From NCBI GenBank assembly GCA_014361445.1, contig JACIVQ010000001.1, positions 10,174 to 74,173 of the forward strand: a stretch of DNA of 64,000 nucleotides, given 5' to 3'. Under the pieces are notes generated by a model. It worked only from the letters and a program-made list of their open reading frames with translations. It ran no database searches and was not told the origin of the DNA. A program made the position numbers and the translations under genes. Below, one piece after another: positions 27,211 to 36,671 of the stretch. Each line of letters begins with the position of its first letter. Positions within the stretch are counted from its first letter, which is position 1. This DNA is from Methanosuratincolales archaeon (GTDB lineage Archaea > Thermoproteota > Methanomethylicia > Methanomethylicales > Methanomethylicaceae).

Positions 27211-27940
27211 GGTGCATGATCCCTTCTACAACATGGCTCTGGACGAAGCTATTGCACACTCTGTTGGAGAAGGGGGAAGCCCGCCAACACTCAGGCTTTA
27301 TGGGTGGTCCCCGAGGGCGGTCTCCCTAGGGTATTTCCAGGAGGTTCTGGAGGAGGTCGATTTAGAGTTTTGCAGGGAGAGGGGGATAGAGGTTGTTAGG
27401 AGGATAACAGGCGGCGGAGCGGTCCTCCACACAGAGGGGGAGCTGACATACAGCTTCGTGGTGAAGGACGATGGTTCTCTTGTTCCAAGCGACATTGAAG
27501 AAAGTTACAGGAGGATATGTGCACCCATAGTGGCGTGTATTAGGAGGCTGGGTGGCGATGCGTCCTTCAGACCAATAAACGACATTGAAGTTGGGGGAAA
27601 GAAGGTCTCGGGAAATGCTCAGACAAGAAGGTTCGGGGCGGTTCTTCAGCACGGCACCTTGTTACTCTCCATGGATTATTCGTTGCTCGGCGCACTGAGA
27701 CCAAGGGTTGAAAAGTTGAAAGACAAGGGGGTTTCAGAGGTCGGCGGGAGGGTCACAACATTGAAGGAGGTACTTAAGTTTGAGCCGAAGAGGGAAGGAG
27801 TAGCTGAGATCTTAGCGGAGGAGTTCGGAAGGGCGTTTCAACTTGAGTTGAGATACGGAAATATCACCGATAGGGAGAGAAGTCTTGCGGGTGACCTTGT
27901 TAGAAAGTACAGGTCAAAAGATTGGACTTTCAGGAGGTAG
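27191..27940 (+). CDS. lplA: Lipoate-protein ligase, catalytic N-terminal subunit
   Basis: NMALDEA, TLRLY, RRITGGGAVLH, NDIEVGGKKVSGNAQ, QHGTLL. Confidence 0.93.
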   Translation: MRVLRFEVHDPFYNMALDEAIAHSVGEGGSPPTLRLYGWSPRAVSLGYFQEVLEEVDLEFCRERGIEVVRRITGGGAVLHTEGELTYSFVVKDDGSLVPSDIEESYRRICAPIVACIRRLGGDASFRPINDIEVGGKKVSGNAQTRRFGAVLQHGTLLLSMDYSLLGALRPRVEKLKDKGVSEVGGRVTTLKEVLKFEPKREGVAEILAEEFGRAFQLELRYGNITDRERSLAGDLVRKYRSKDWTFRR

Positions 27941-27944
27941 GCTG

Positions 27945-28223
27945 GTGGAGATAATAGGGGTAAAGAAGGTGAAAGGGGGAAAACTCCTCAAGGTTCTGGT
28001 TATTGAGGAAGGAGGCGTTATAAAGGAGGCAAAAATCTCCGGAGATTTCTTTGTTCATCCAGAAGAGGCTATTGACGAGATTGAGGCGTGCTTAAAAGGG
28101 GCAGATATGAGCAGAGTGAGGGAAGTTTTGAGGGATTTCGCCAAGAGGAGGACGGTCAGGACTGTCGGCTTTACTCTTGATGATATCACAGAGGTCATCG
28201 AGGGGCGGGGCAAATTTGCTTAG
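27945..28223 (+). CDS. Lipoate-protein ligase C-terminal subunit (LplB-like)
   Basis: KKVKGGKLLKV...KISGDFFVHPEE. Confidence 0.87.
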   Translation: MEIIGVKKVKGGKLLKVLVIEEGGVIKEAKISGDFFVHPEEAIDEIEACLKGADMSRVREVLRDFAKRRTVRTVGFTLDDITEVIEGRGKFA

Positions 28224-29085
28224 TTACAGACCAAAGCCCGCCGTGTACAGCGTTTCAATTACCGGTCACAGGTGTGATCTGGGGTGCCAACACTGCAGAG
28301 GGAAGTATCTGAAAGGCATGGAGGCGGTGGAAGATCCGGACGGCCTCATTAGAACCTTCCTGAAAGCAAAGGAAAAGGGTGCAAAGAACATCTTGATTAG
28401 TGGGGGGTTTGACAGACTGGGAAGACTCCCGGTCATGGATTTTCTAGGCGCCATAAGTCAAGGCAAAAGTATGACTGGATTGGTTGTAGAGATCCACTCA
28501 GGGTTGAACAGGGAGTTAGGCAGATTGAGGGACGCTGGCGTGGATGCCCTACTCCTGGATGTTGTAGGAGAGCAGGAGACTATTGAGAGGTACATCGGAG
28601 GGCAATGGTGTGCTGAAGAGTATGCGGAAGTCTTGCGTGAGGCAAAGAGGTTCATCCCTTTAGTGGCAGCGCACATCCTAGTGGGGGTAGACAGAGGAGA
28701 GATAAGGGGGGAGTTCAAGGCGGTAGATATGGTGGCAGAGGCCAAGGCTGATGCCCTCTCCATATTGACGCCTATGGACGCAAGGTCGCCCGAGCTCGAC
28801 GAAATTGCCAAGGTAATGGAATATGCTAGGGAGAGGTTCGGAGATCACCTGACTTTGGGGTGTATGCGGACTAGGGGAAAAGATCGACCGGAGATAGAGA
28901 GGCTCGCGGTAGATTTGGGTTTCGACGGTATAGCAAATCCGCTCCGCAGGACACTGAGGTACGCAGAGTCCACTGGAGTCAAGGTGATTGAGGTTGAGGG
29001 TTGCTGCGTCTTCACTCAAGATAGAATTCCCATGAACACCAAAGGTCTTCCGGGTGCTCGTCAGGCGGACACAAAAGGCACCTGA
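28216..29085 (+). CDS. lipS1: Archaeal lipoyl synthase component LipS1 (radical SAM)
   Basis: SITGHRCDLGCQHC, LISGG, LGCMR and C-terminal GCC motifs. Confidence 0.8.
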   Translation: MLSYRPKPAVYSVSITGHRCDLGCQHCRGKYLKGMEAVEDPDGLIRTFLKAKEKGAKNILISGGFDRLGRLPVMDFLGAISQGKSMTGLVVEIHSGLNRELGRLRDAGVDALLLDVVGEQETIERYIGGQWCAEEYAEVLREAKRFIPLVAAHILVGVDRGEIRGEFKAVDMVAEAKADALSILTPMDARSPELDEIAKVMEYARERFGDHLTLGCMRTRGKDRPEIERLAVDLGFDGIANPLRRTLRYAESTGVKVIEVEGCCVFTQDRIPMNTKGLPGARQADTKGT

Positions 29086-29518
29086 CCTTAAACTTTGGGT
29101 TGATAACCTTAGCAAAGGCTGAGAGATGGGCTAGACCGACGGGCTTGCATGGGAATAGACCTCTGCCGCTCTTCAGCCTTGCGGTCTGCGGCCTGCAGTT
29201 CCTGATGTTCAGTACTACTCTGTCACCTATGGTTTCTACCGAGACGGCAGAAACGGGTGCGATTGATGTGAAGTGAAGTGCCCTTGCGAGATCCTCCAGA
29301 GTGCCGTCGCTTATCTTCAGAAATTTCTTGATCCGCCTCGCCTCAGAGACGCCAAACTGCTCCCAAGCCTCCCTATCGATCTCCACAGCTACACTCTGCC
29401 CGTACCTGTTTTCTATGGAGAGGAACCAGTAACCGTCCAGTGTGAGGAGGTTCTTGGACATCACCTCAACCAGATCCAACAACTGCTCCCTGGTTAGCGA
29501 CTCTAGAACTTTGTTCAT
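29012..29518 (-). CDS. DUF6125-like small ligand-binding protein
   Basis: LDGYWF, CRPQ.AR, FPCKPVG, CLLCPPD.HP..WCSWEF. Confidence 0.7.
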   Translation of the reverse strand: MNKVLESLTREQLLDLVEVMSKNLLTLDGYWFLSIENRYGQSVAVEIDREAWEQFGVSEARRIKKFLKISDGTLEDLARALHFTSIAPVSAVSVETIGDRVVLNIRNCRPQTARLKSGRGLFPCKPVGLAHLSAFAKVINPKFKVRCLLCPPDEHPEDLWCSWEFYLE

Positions 29519-29570
29519 AATTTAAGATCGGTTTTAGTGCTATAATACGATTACTTCAAGAGTTTCCCGT

Positions 29571-30353
29571 TCACAAAGATCCGACTCGCCAGAGGAGGTC
29601 AATATAATCGTATATGACCTTGGCCAAGGATCTGTCCGATATGTATACCGCCAGATTCTTCCTCTTCTCAGGGGGTTGATCCAAGCCCACAACTAAGTGA
29701 AAGATGACCTCCCCCTTATCTGAGAGTATGACATTGAAGGGTATCACGTTCGTGCCAATCTTTATCATCACGTTTTCCGAAGATAGGTGTTTAAGGGCAT
29801 TAAATGCATCTTGGCTCGCTAGAATTTTTACATACTTAGATTTCTTTTGATCAAGGTTAGAAAGAATTTCCAGAAGCCCAGAGTATATGTTCATGTCTAG
29901 GTTGCCCATAACTATGCAGAGCTCCTTCTTAAAGGACTGCACTAATGTCCGGATGCGGTTAGTTATGCCGGCCAAGGATCTGACGAACCATATCTCGGAG
30001 CCCTCCACGGAGCGGGCATCGTAAATTGATTGAAGATCGTTCAGAAAGACCTCCTCTATCCTGCTCAGGCGGTTTTGTTGTTCCATCCTTATGACGTTTA
30101 TCACCTCCGACGGCGGCTTTGCCTTGAACCTCATGGGACGGCCTTGCCCCATCTCGACCCACCCTTTCAGCTCAAGAGCCTCCAAGACGTCGTATACGCG
30201 CGTGTGTGGCACCCCAGAAGATTCGCTGATCTCTTTGGCGCTGGATGGACCGTCTAGTACGAGCTTAAGATAAACGAGTGCCTCATAGTCGGTCAGACCA
30301 GCCTCCTTCAGACGCTCAAAGGCGCTCATTGACTTTAAAGCCCTTGCAGACAT
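29571..30353 (-). CDS. TrmB-family transcriptional regulator
   Basis: GLTDYEALVYLKL...SGVPHTRVYDVLEALELKGWV...GRPMRF. Confidence 0.92.
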   Translation of the reverse strand: MSARALKSMSAFERLKEAGLTDYEALVYLKLVLDGPSSAKEISESSGVPHTRVYDVLEALELKGWVEMGQGRPMRFKAKPPSEVINVIRMEQQNRLSRIEEVFLNDLQSIYDARSVEGSEIWFVRSLAGITNRIRTLVQSFKKELCIVMGNLDMNIYSGLLEILSNLDQKKSKYVKILASQDAFNALKHLSSENVMIKIGTNVIPFNVILSDKGEVIFHLVVGLDQPPEKRKNLAVYISDRSLAKVIYDYIDLLWRVGSL

Positions 30354-30419
30354 CTCCTGACCCTTATTAACTACTAATAGTGAATAAAATTAATATTTGT
30401 TTTGGCAGATGTAAGACTT

Positions 30420-31373
30420 ATGGAATATGCCATCGAGATCTCAGGGCTCACAAAGAAGTTCGGGGATTTCGTAGCGGTGGACAACCTTGATCTCAGGGTG
30501 AGGGTGGGAGAGATCTTCGGTTTTCTTGGACCAAACGGGGCAGGCAAGACAACGACAATTAGGATGATGTGCGGTTTGATGAGGCAGAGCAAGGGAACTA
30601 TAAGGATCTACGGGTACAGCATCCCTGAAGAGAGGAGTGAACTGATCAAGATCACGGGTTACATGGCACAGAGGTTCAGCCTTTACGAGGACCTGAGTGT
30701 TTATGAGAATATGGAGTTCTTCGGCAAACTCTACGGGCTCAACGGAGAAGGCTTACATAAGAGGATACGCGAACTCTTGGAGTTCCTGGATTTGGAGGAT
30801 GTCAAGGACAGGCTTGCTGGGAGGCTCAGCGGCGGTATGAAGCAGCGGCTGGCTTTGGGCGTAGCGCTCATACACAGACCGAAGTTGTTGGTTTTGGATG
30901 AGCCAACGGCAGGGGTTGACCCCCCAATAAGGAGGGCTTTCTGGGAGTACCTCAGGGGGCTGAATAAGGAAGGGACTACGATACTGGTGACCACCCATTA
31001 CATGGATGAGGCGGAGAACTGCGACAGGATAGGTCTGATGAACAAAGGGAGGCTCATAGCAGAGGGCACCCCCAAGGAGCTCAAGAGGAGGATTTTCGGA
31101 GGAGACCTTGTTGAGGTTGTCTTACAGGGGCGCATTCAGGGAGACGTGATTAAAGGTTTCTTGAATGTGGGGGATTTGAAGTACAAAGATGGCGAGACTG
31201 TCTTGAGGCTCGTCCTGAAGGACGCGTCGAAAGAGCTCCCATCCCTGCTGAAGAGACTCGACAGCATGGGATTAAAGGTACAATCGGCAGAGCCCATCAA
31301 CGTCACTCTCGAGGAGGTCTTCATCGAGCTTGTGACCAAGTCCGAGGCAAGGGTTCGAGGTGAGGCATATTAG
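30420..31373 (+). CDS. ABC-2 exporter ATP-binding protein
   Basis: GPNGAGKTT, LSGGMKQR, LDEPTAGVDP, TTHYM. Confidence 0.95.
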   Translation: MEYAIEISGLTKKFGDFVAVDNLDLRVRVGEIFGFLGPNGAGKTTTIRMMCGLMRQSKGTIRIYGYSIPEERSELIKITGYMAQRFSLYEDLSVYENMEFFGKLYGLNGEGLHKRIRELLEFLDLEDVKDRLAGRLSGGMKQRLALGVALIHRPKLLVLDEPTAGVDPPIRRAFWEYLRGLNKEGTTILVTTHYMDEAENCDRIGLMNKGRLIAEGTPKELKRRIFGGDLVEVVLQGRIQGDVIKGFLNVGDLKYKDGETVLRLVLKDASKELPSLLKRLDSMGLKVQSAEPINVTLEEVFIELVTKSEARVRGEAY

Positions 31374-32466
31374 GATTACAGCTGTCGTAATCAAGGAGCT
31401 TATCCAGCTGAAAAGAGATCCTAGGTCACTTGTCATGATAGCGATGATTCCGTTGATCGTCATGTTGCTGTTCGGTGTGGGATACGGCGGTGGGACTGGA
31501 AAGATCAGTATAGCAGTCGTGAACCTCGACAAAGGAAGCCTTAGCTGGACGGTGCTCGACTCGATAATGAAGACCCCCAGCGTCTACGTCAAGGCTTATG
31601 CCAACAGCATTGAGGAGGGGAGGGAGCTCGTGAAGGACGGCACGGTCTCAGCAACGGTCGTCATACCAGAAGGGTTTACTGAAGAGCTGATGAAGGGCGC
31701 GTCAACCCAAGTTTTGGTTATAGTAGATGAGAGCATAACGACCATCTCAAGCACCATAAGGAACGCGATGCTGGCGGTGACGTACAAATTCCAGCAGGAG
31801 CTCGTCAGGAGCGTTGGGGGATCTTCTGTGGAGCTTATTTATAGCTCCGTTTATGGTCCTAAGGTCACCAACCTTGAGGCTTTCACACCCCTTGTCATTG
31901 GCATCGTACTTCAGCTCGTTCCGACGAGCCTGATCTCCATAGCAATCTGCAAAGAGAAGGAGCGGGGAACATTCGAGCAGTTGATAATGTCTCCAATAAG
32001 CAGGTATGACATAATATTCGGGAAGCTACTCGCATTTTTCATCGCCACTATAGCGGACATGCTCATCACGTTGATGGTTGCTGTTTGGATCTTTGACGTA
32101 TCCGTGAGGGGCCCATTGATAGATGCGATGGTGGTTTCTACCCTCTTTCTACTTGGATCGTTAGGGCTAGGGATGCTGATATCGGTCCTATCCAGGAACC
32201 AGCTTCAAGCCAACCAAGCCGCGATATTCATATTCATACCAGCTCTGCTATTCAGTGGTGCCCTTATGCCCATTGACATGCTCTCTCCCAGTGCGAGGAT
32301 ACTGGCAAACCTTACCCCCATGTACTATTTTGTTTCGGCCTTTAGGGATATTATGATAAAGGGGTTTGGGTTGTGGCAGATAACCTGGGAGGTGTTTGCA
32401 CTGTCAGTTTACATGGTATTGATGATGGTGACCGCCCCGTTAGTGCTGAGGTTGAGGGTTGATTGA
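31360..32466 (+). CDS. ABC-2 exporter permease
   Basis: KELIQLKRDPR, EKERGTFEQL, six predicted TM helices. Confidence 0.92.
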   Translation: MRHIRITAVVIKELIQLKRDPRSLVMIAMIPLIVMLLFGVGYGGGTGKISIAVVNLDKGSLSWTVLDSIMKTPSVYVKAYANSIEEGRELVKDGTVSATVVIPEGFTEELMKGASTQVLVIVDESITTISSTIRNAMLAVTYKFQQELVRSVGGSSVELIYSSVYGPKVTNLEAFTPLVIGIVLQLVPTSLISIAICKEKERGTFEQLIMSPISRYDIIFGKLLAFFIATIADMLITLMVAVWIFDVSVRGPLIDAMVVSTLFLLGSLGLGMLISVLSRNQLQANQAAIFIFIPALLFSGALMPIDMLSPSARILANLTPMYYFVSAFRDIMIKGFGLWQITWEVFALSVYMVLMMVTAPLVLRLRVD

Positions 32467-34709
32467 TCATGGTTGTTTCAAGGAGGAATTCAGGAATGTT
32501 TCGATTTGGATGTGCTGGAATGGTTATTTTAATTTCATTGGTAATTCTAAGCTCAACATCATCGGGCGTCTTTTGCGCTGAGACAAACTTCAAGGTAGAG
32601 GATGTGAGTTGGAGGGCATTGAATATTGGTGTTGGAAATAGTACTTGTATTGTGCAGCTCAGGTATTACGGGGATAGCCCGTGTTCTAACGTGGATGGAA
32701 CCCTTGATGTCTCTCAGTTGAGCGAGAGCTACACCAGGGTATCAGACAAATATTCAGGGACTGTAGAGAATGGGGGTGCAGTTTATTTGGAGTTTGTTTT
32801 CGATGTTTCTTCTTCGTCTAAGGCAGGGTGGTACAAAGCCCCATTGACAGTAAATTACATGGTGGATGGCAGGGTCCTTTGGGAGAGCTTCGATTTGGTG
32901 TTGACGGTCAATGGGAACCCCGATCTCTCATGCGCTACCGGTGGAGAGAGGATTCTGAGAGGGTACATCAACGAGATTCCCATTATAATTAGGAATGATG
33001 GTGACGGGGTTGCTAGGAGGGTCAGGGTCACTGTGCAAAGCCAAGACGTTTATTTGACGATAATCGGTCCGAATGAATTCAGTGCAGACTTCCTTATGCC
33101 GAATGAAGAATGGGTCGTAGTAGTGAAGGCCTTCGCACAGCTGAGTATCCGCGATGGGAGCAGCATTGCACTCAATGTTAGATATGAAGACCAGGAAAAT
33201 GTGGGATATACGAAGACTACGACCATCGGTCTCAAAGTGGAAGATCCTGATAAGCCAAGCATGGTTGTAAGCGCAAACACCACGAAGATAAGCCCAGGTG
33301 TTACGAACGGCGTACTCCTTTCAATCTTAAATAGCGGAGGCAAGGAAGCGATGGATTTAACGATCAAGTTGACCCCCGCCTCAAATCAGCTGACCTTGGT
33401 TGGCAATAACACCTTTTCATTTCCAAATCTGGGTGCAGGAGAGGCATTGGATCTTCCGATATCACTGTACCTGGAGCCACAGACCTATGGAAGTCTTCCT
33501 CTCTATGTGACGATCAATTACAAAGACGATAGGAACGGCACGTACCAAGACTCGCTATCAATCGGTTTCCTAAGCGAGGAAGAGCCAGAGCCCAAGGTGG
33601 AGGTGATGGCGAAGAGGCTACAGCTCCAGCCAAACGCCATAAATTCCGTCACCATAATACTTGAGAACAGAGGGGAGAAGGCAGCGAAAGACCTCAGGAT
33701 CAATCTCTTCTCGCAGACCCCAGAGGTCGCAGTGGTGGTGGGAACTGGAGTAGAACATAGAGACTTTCTGGGGCCGAATGAGACTTGGGAGGTACAAAAG
33801 GAGATCTTCGTGCAGCCGAATGTCTATGGCGCGGTGCCACTTTATGTGCAGGTCCAGTATCAGGACGAGTTGAATAACAGGTACTCATTCACCTCGACCA
33901 TCGGTTTTGAAGTTAAGGGGACGCCATCCCTGGCAATATCCTCAGTCATATATAGCCCATCCCCAGTCTTCGCAGGGAACAGAGCGGTCAGGGCAAATTG
34001 CGTTGTGGTCAACCATGGCAATTACACGGCGCAGGACGTTAGTGTAACACTTGGAGAAATTGGCGGGGTTGTGAAGCCGTCTTATCCCGGGTCAGACCGT
34101 GTAAAGATACCGTTCTTAACCGTCGGAGGGAGTGTGAGCGTCCAATTTCTGCTTGATATTGATGAGAATGCAAAGCCAGGATACTACGAGATACCTGTAA
34201 GGATATCAACGAGTACCGAAAACATCTCGACTGTGATTCCGCTCACCCTATCGGAGAAGGCAAAGATTCTTGTCGACAAGATATATTTCGATAGGGAAGT
34301 CACTCCAGGAGCGAGGAATGTAAAGCTATTCGTCGAGATGCTGAACGTTGGTAATGTCACAGCTGAGGAGGTTAGAGTTTCCGTGATATCTGGATACATC
34401 ACCGGATCCACCACACAGCTCCTGGGTAACATGGCAAGCGGGACTAGGAGAGTGGTCGTCATGGAGGTTGATGTGGACAACAAGGTAAGCCCAGGCGAGT
34501 TTCCTGTAGACGTGGAGGTCTCTTGGAGCCAAGATGGGAGAAGCATGTCTGAGACCTCAACCAAGAGTCTGACAATTGGCGAGCCTGGGAAGGTCGAGAT
34601 CTGGGCTGTAGTAGGAGTTCTAGCGGTTCTGGTAGCAATTGTATTCATTTTCAGGAAGAAGGTAAAGGAGGTCAGCAAGTCATTTTTGTATAAGCTGAGA
34701 GGACGGTGA
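32463..34709 (+). CDS. COG1361 S-layer-domain / Ig-repeat membrane protein
   Basis: Signal peptide, repeated N.G...A..V beta-sandwich modules, C-terminal TM plus basic tail. Confidence 0.8.
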   Translation: MIMVVSRRNSGMFRFGCAGMVILISLVILSSTSSGVFCAETNFKVEDVSWRALNIGVGNSTCIVQLRYYGDSPCSNVDGTLDVSQLSESYTRVSDKYSGTVENGGAVYLEFVFDVSSSSKAGWYKAPLTVNYMVDGRVLWESFDLVLTVNGNPDLSCATGGERILRGYINEIPIIIRNDGDGVARRVRVTVQSQDVYLTIIGPNEFSADFLMPNEEWVVVVKAFAQLSIRDGSSIALNVRYEDQENVGYTKTTTIGLKVEDPDKPSMVVSANTTKISPGVTNGVLLSILNSGGKEAMDLTIKLTPASNQLTLVGNNTFSFPNLGAGEALDLPISLYLEPQTYGSLPLYVTINYKDDRNGTYQDSLSIGFLSEEEPEPKVEVMAKRLQLQPNAINSVTIILENRGEKAAKDLRINLFSQTPEVAVVVGTGVEHRDFLGPNETWEVQKEIFVQPNVYGAVPLYVQVQYQDELNNRYSFTSTIGFEVKGTPSLAISSVIYSPSPVFAGNRAVRANCVVVNHGNYTAQDVSVTLGEIGGVVKPSYPGSDRVKIPFLTVGGSVSVQFLLDIDENAKPGYYEIPVRISTSTENISTVIPLTLSEKAKILVDKIYFDREVTPGARNVKLFVEMLNVGNVTAEEVRVSVISGYITGSTTQLLGNMASGTRRVVVMEVDVDNKVSPGEFPVDVEVSWSQDGRSMSETSTKSLTIGEPGKVEIWAVVGVLAVLVAIVFIFRKKVKEVSKSFLYKLRGR

Positions 34710-34766
34710 ATGAAGAAAAAGGATGAGGAAAAAGAATGAAAAACAAAAAATAAAAATAAAAAAAGA

Positions 34767-35507
34767 TTATTGAATGTAGAAAGTTATCGAGACGCTTGCA
34801 GAGACGCTCACCGCGCCTGGCAGAATTGTTGTAGAGGATGCTTGTGCTAAATCGTAACTGCGGTATATCGGAACCGGAGACGAGTAAGACTCTGAGACGC
34901 TTTGTACGCCAACAACCTTTACGCCCAAGGTCTTTGCGATGGTATTAGCCTTTGCCTGGGCATCTTTTACAGCCGTTTCCAGAGCAAGAGTCCTCAGGGC
35001 TGCCAGTTTTGTGTCAGAGACTGCGAAGTAGACCCCATTAACCTGATTCAGACCGCTCTCGACACAGGCATCGATTATTTTTCCTGCCATATTTCCAAGA
35101 TCTGGACCGCTGTATGTCACCTGGAGAGTGTGTATGACCCTGTATCCGATGAGGACTTGCTCGTTATTTATGTATCTGTACTCAGGATTTATGGTGTAGC
35201 TAAGCGTCTGGATTGAAGACTCGGGTATACCCAAGCCTTTCAGTGCGCTCAGTGCACGATTTATGTTATTGGCTGCGGTTGCTGTAGCCTTTTGGACTTC
35301 AGGATCTAGGACGCTGGTCCCCAGAATCAGTTTCACAGTATCTGGCTGTTCGTAGAGCACCGCGTTGCCAACCACGGAGAGAGTACTAGAAGTCCCATCA
35401 AGATCTGCCGCCTGAACCTGTTGTGGAGAGTAGAGCGCGGTTCCCAGTACAAGCAGTGTCAAAGCGACGCCTAGAAATGCCAAATATTTAAATTTCATGT
35501 TGACCAC
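34767..35507 (-). CDS. SIMPL-domain (DUF541) exported protein
   Basis: Signal peptide, LSVVGNA...QPD, I.PEY, AVKDAQAKA..IAKTLG. Confidence 0.88.
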   Translation of the reverse strand: MVNMKFKYLAFLGVALTLLVLGTALYSPQQVQAADLDGTSSTLSVVGNAVLYEQPDTVKLILGTSVLDPEVQKATATAANNINRALSALKGLGIPESSIQTLSYTINPEYRYINNEQVLIGYRVIHTLQVTYSGPDLGNMAGKIIDACVESGLNQVNGVYFAVSDTKLAALRTLALETAVKDAQAKANTIAKTLGVKVVGVQSVSESYSSPVPIYRSYDLAQASSTTILPGAVSVSASVSITFYIQ

Positions 35508-35553
35508 GTGATTAACAAGGAAGATCAGGGCTTATATTCCTAGTAGATGTTCT

Positions 35554-35576
35554 ATTTGTTAGAACGAAAGATCTAA
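35554..35576 (+). repeat. 23-bp direct repeat, copy 1 (att-like)
   Basis: ATTTGTTAGAACGAAAGATCTAA, identical to 53377-53399. Confidence 0.85.
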
Positions 35577-35730
35577 TACGTGTTCTATTACGCACTTTTT
35601 TAGCACCCGTCCCATACAGGTCACTGTTGAGAGAGGGGCGTCTGCCGATAAAAGCCTTTGCGCCCTCAAGGGATTCAGGGGACTCAAGGAACTCAGGGAG
35701 CGAATAATAGAGGTAAGTAAAAAGCATCTG

Positions 35731-36003
35731 TTGTTCGGCAGCCCATTGAGGTACTTCATCATTGCGTATGTAGCCTCTAAAAAAGAGGTCACATGGTCTC
35801 AATTGAAGGGGGCTATTGAGTTGTGGGCGGGACCGGTCAACCCAAATACGCTGAGCTTCCACCTCGGCGAGCTTATGGAAGGGGGCTTCATAGTCAAAAT
35901 AGAGATCGAGGGCCAGCCTAGGTACAGGGTCGCCGAGGGGAGCCTTAAGGGAGTGGAGGGGCTCCTCGATAAAGAGATCATTAAGGAAATGGAGGCTCTT
36001 TGA
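35731..36003 (+). CDS. Small winged-helix protein (start uncertain)
   Basis: LRYFIIAYV...VTWSQLK...PNTLSFHLGELMEGGFI...YRV. Confidence 0.7.
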   Translation: MFGSPLRYFIIAYVASKKEVTWSQLKGAIELWAGPVNPNTLSFHLGELMEGGFIVKIEIEGQPRYRVAEGSLKGVEGLLDKEIIKEMEAL

Positions 36004-36085
36004 GTATCTACTGGTTCATACACCAGCAAACCCCGTCATTAAAGCAGGAAGCCCACGGGCCTATAGTTTTGGCTTCTCTCAACAT

Positions 36086-36589
36086 TTAGAGATCTAAAGG
36101 ATAAACATCTTCGATCCTCTGGGAGAACGGTTTCTTCTTATGAATCATAATCTCCTTTGTTCTTATCAGGGGGTGAGTATAGTCTACCTCTGGGCGACTC
36201 ATTATTATCTCGTCGGCCAACCTCTCTAAGCTGTAGACGTCTTTCTCTTCGATTACTACGACCATATGATGGAATCCTGTACAGAGCCAGACGCTCTCGA
36301 CTTGCGGGTGTTTTAATAACTCCTCGGCCAACCTCTCTCTCGTCCCTGGCGGTACTCCTGCTTTAAGGTTGAAAGCTATATCTGAGACTTGCCTGCCAAG
36401 TTTGTAGTAGTTTATATTACATGTTGGGTCTATGATCTTCTCATCAATTAACCTATTTACTCTCGCTGCTACGGCTGGGACGCTCAGCCCAAGTCTATTG
36501 GAGATTTCACTATAGGGCGTCCTCGCATTGGCAATCAAAATTCTTATTATTTCTTTATCTATTTTGTCAACTAAGCTCTTTCTGCCCAT
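36086..36589 (-). CDS. Lrp/AsnC-family transcriptional regulator
   Basis: DKIDKEIIRILIANARTPYSEISNRLGLS...RVNRL HTH plus RAM domain. Confidence 0.92.
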   Translation of the reverse strand: MGRKSLVDKIDKEIIRILIANARTPYSEISNRLGLSVPAVAARVNRLIDEKIIDPTCNINYYKLGRQVSDIAFNLKAGVPPGTRERLAEELLKHPQVESVWLCTGFHHMVVVIEEKDVYSLERLADEIIMSRPEVDYTHPLIRTKEIMIHKKKPFSQRIEDVYPLDL

Positions 36590-36671
36590 GCCCTATATAA
36601 TTCTCTCTCTACCTTAATAAGTTTAAGCGAAATGATTTATATAAACAAAAAAGGGGAAAAAAATAAGGTTG

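Noticed and set aside
26224-29085. Biotin synthase genes
   Set aside because: LipS1/LipS2 signatures and flanking lipoate ligase subunits fit lipoate synthesis
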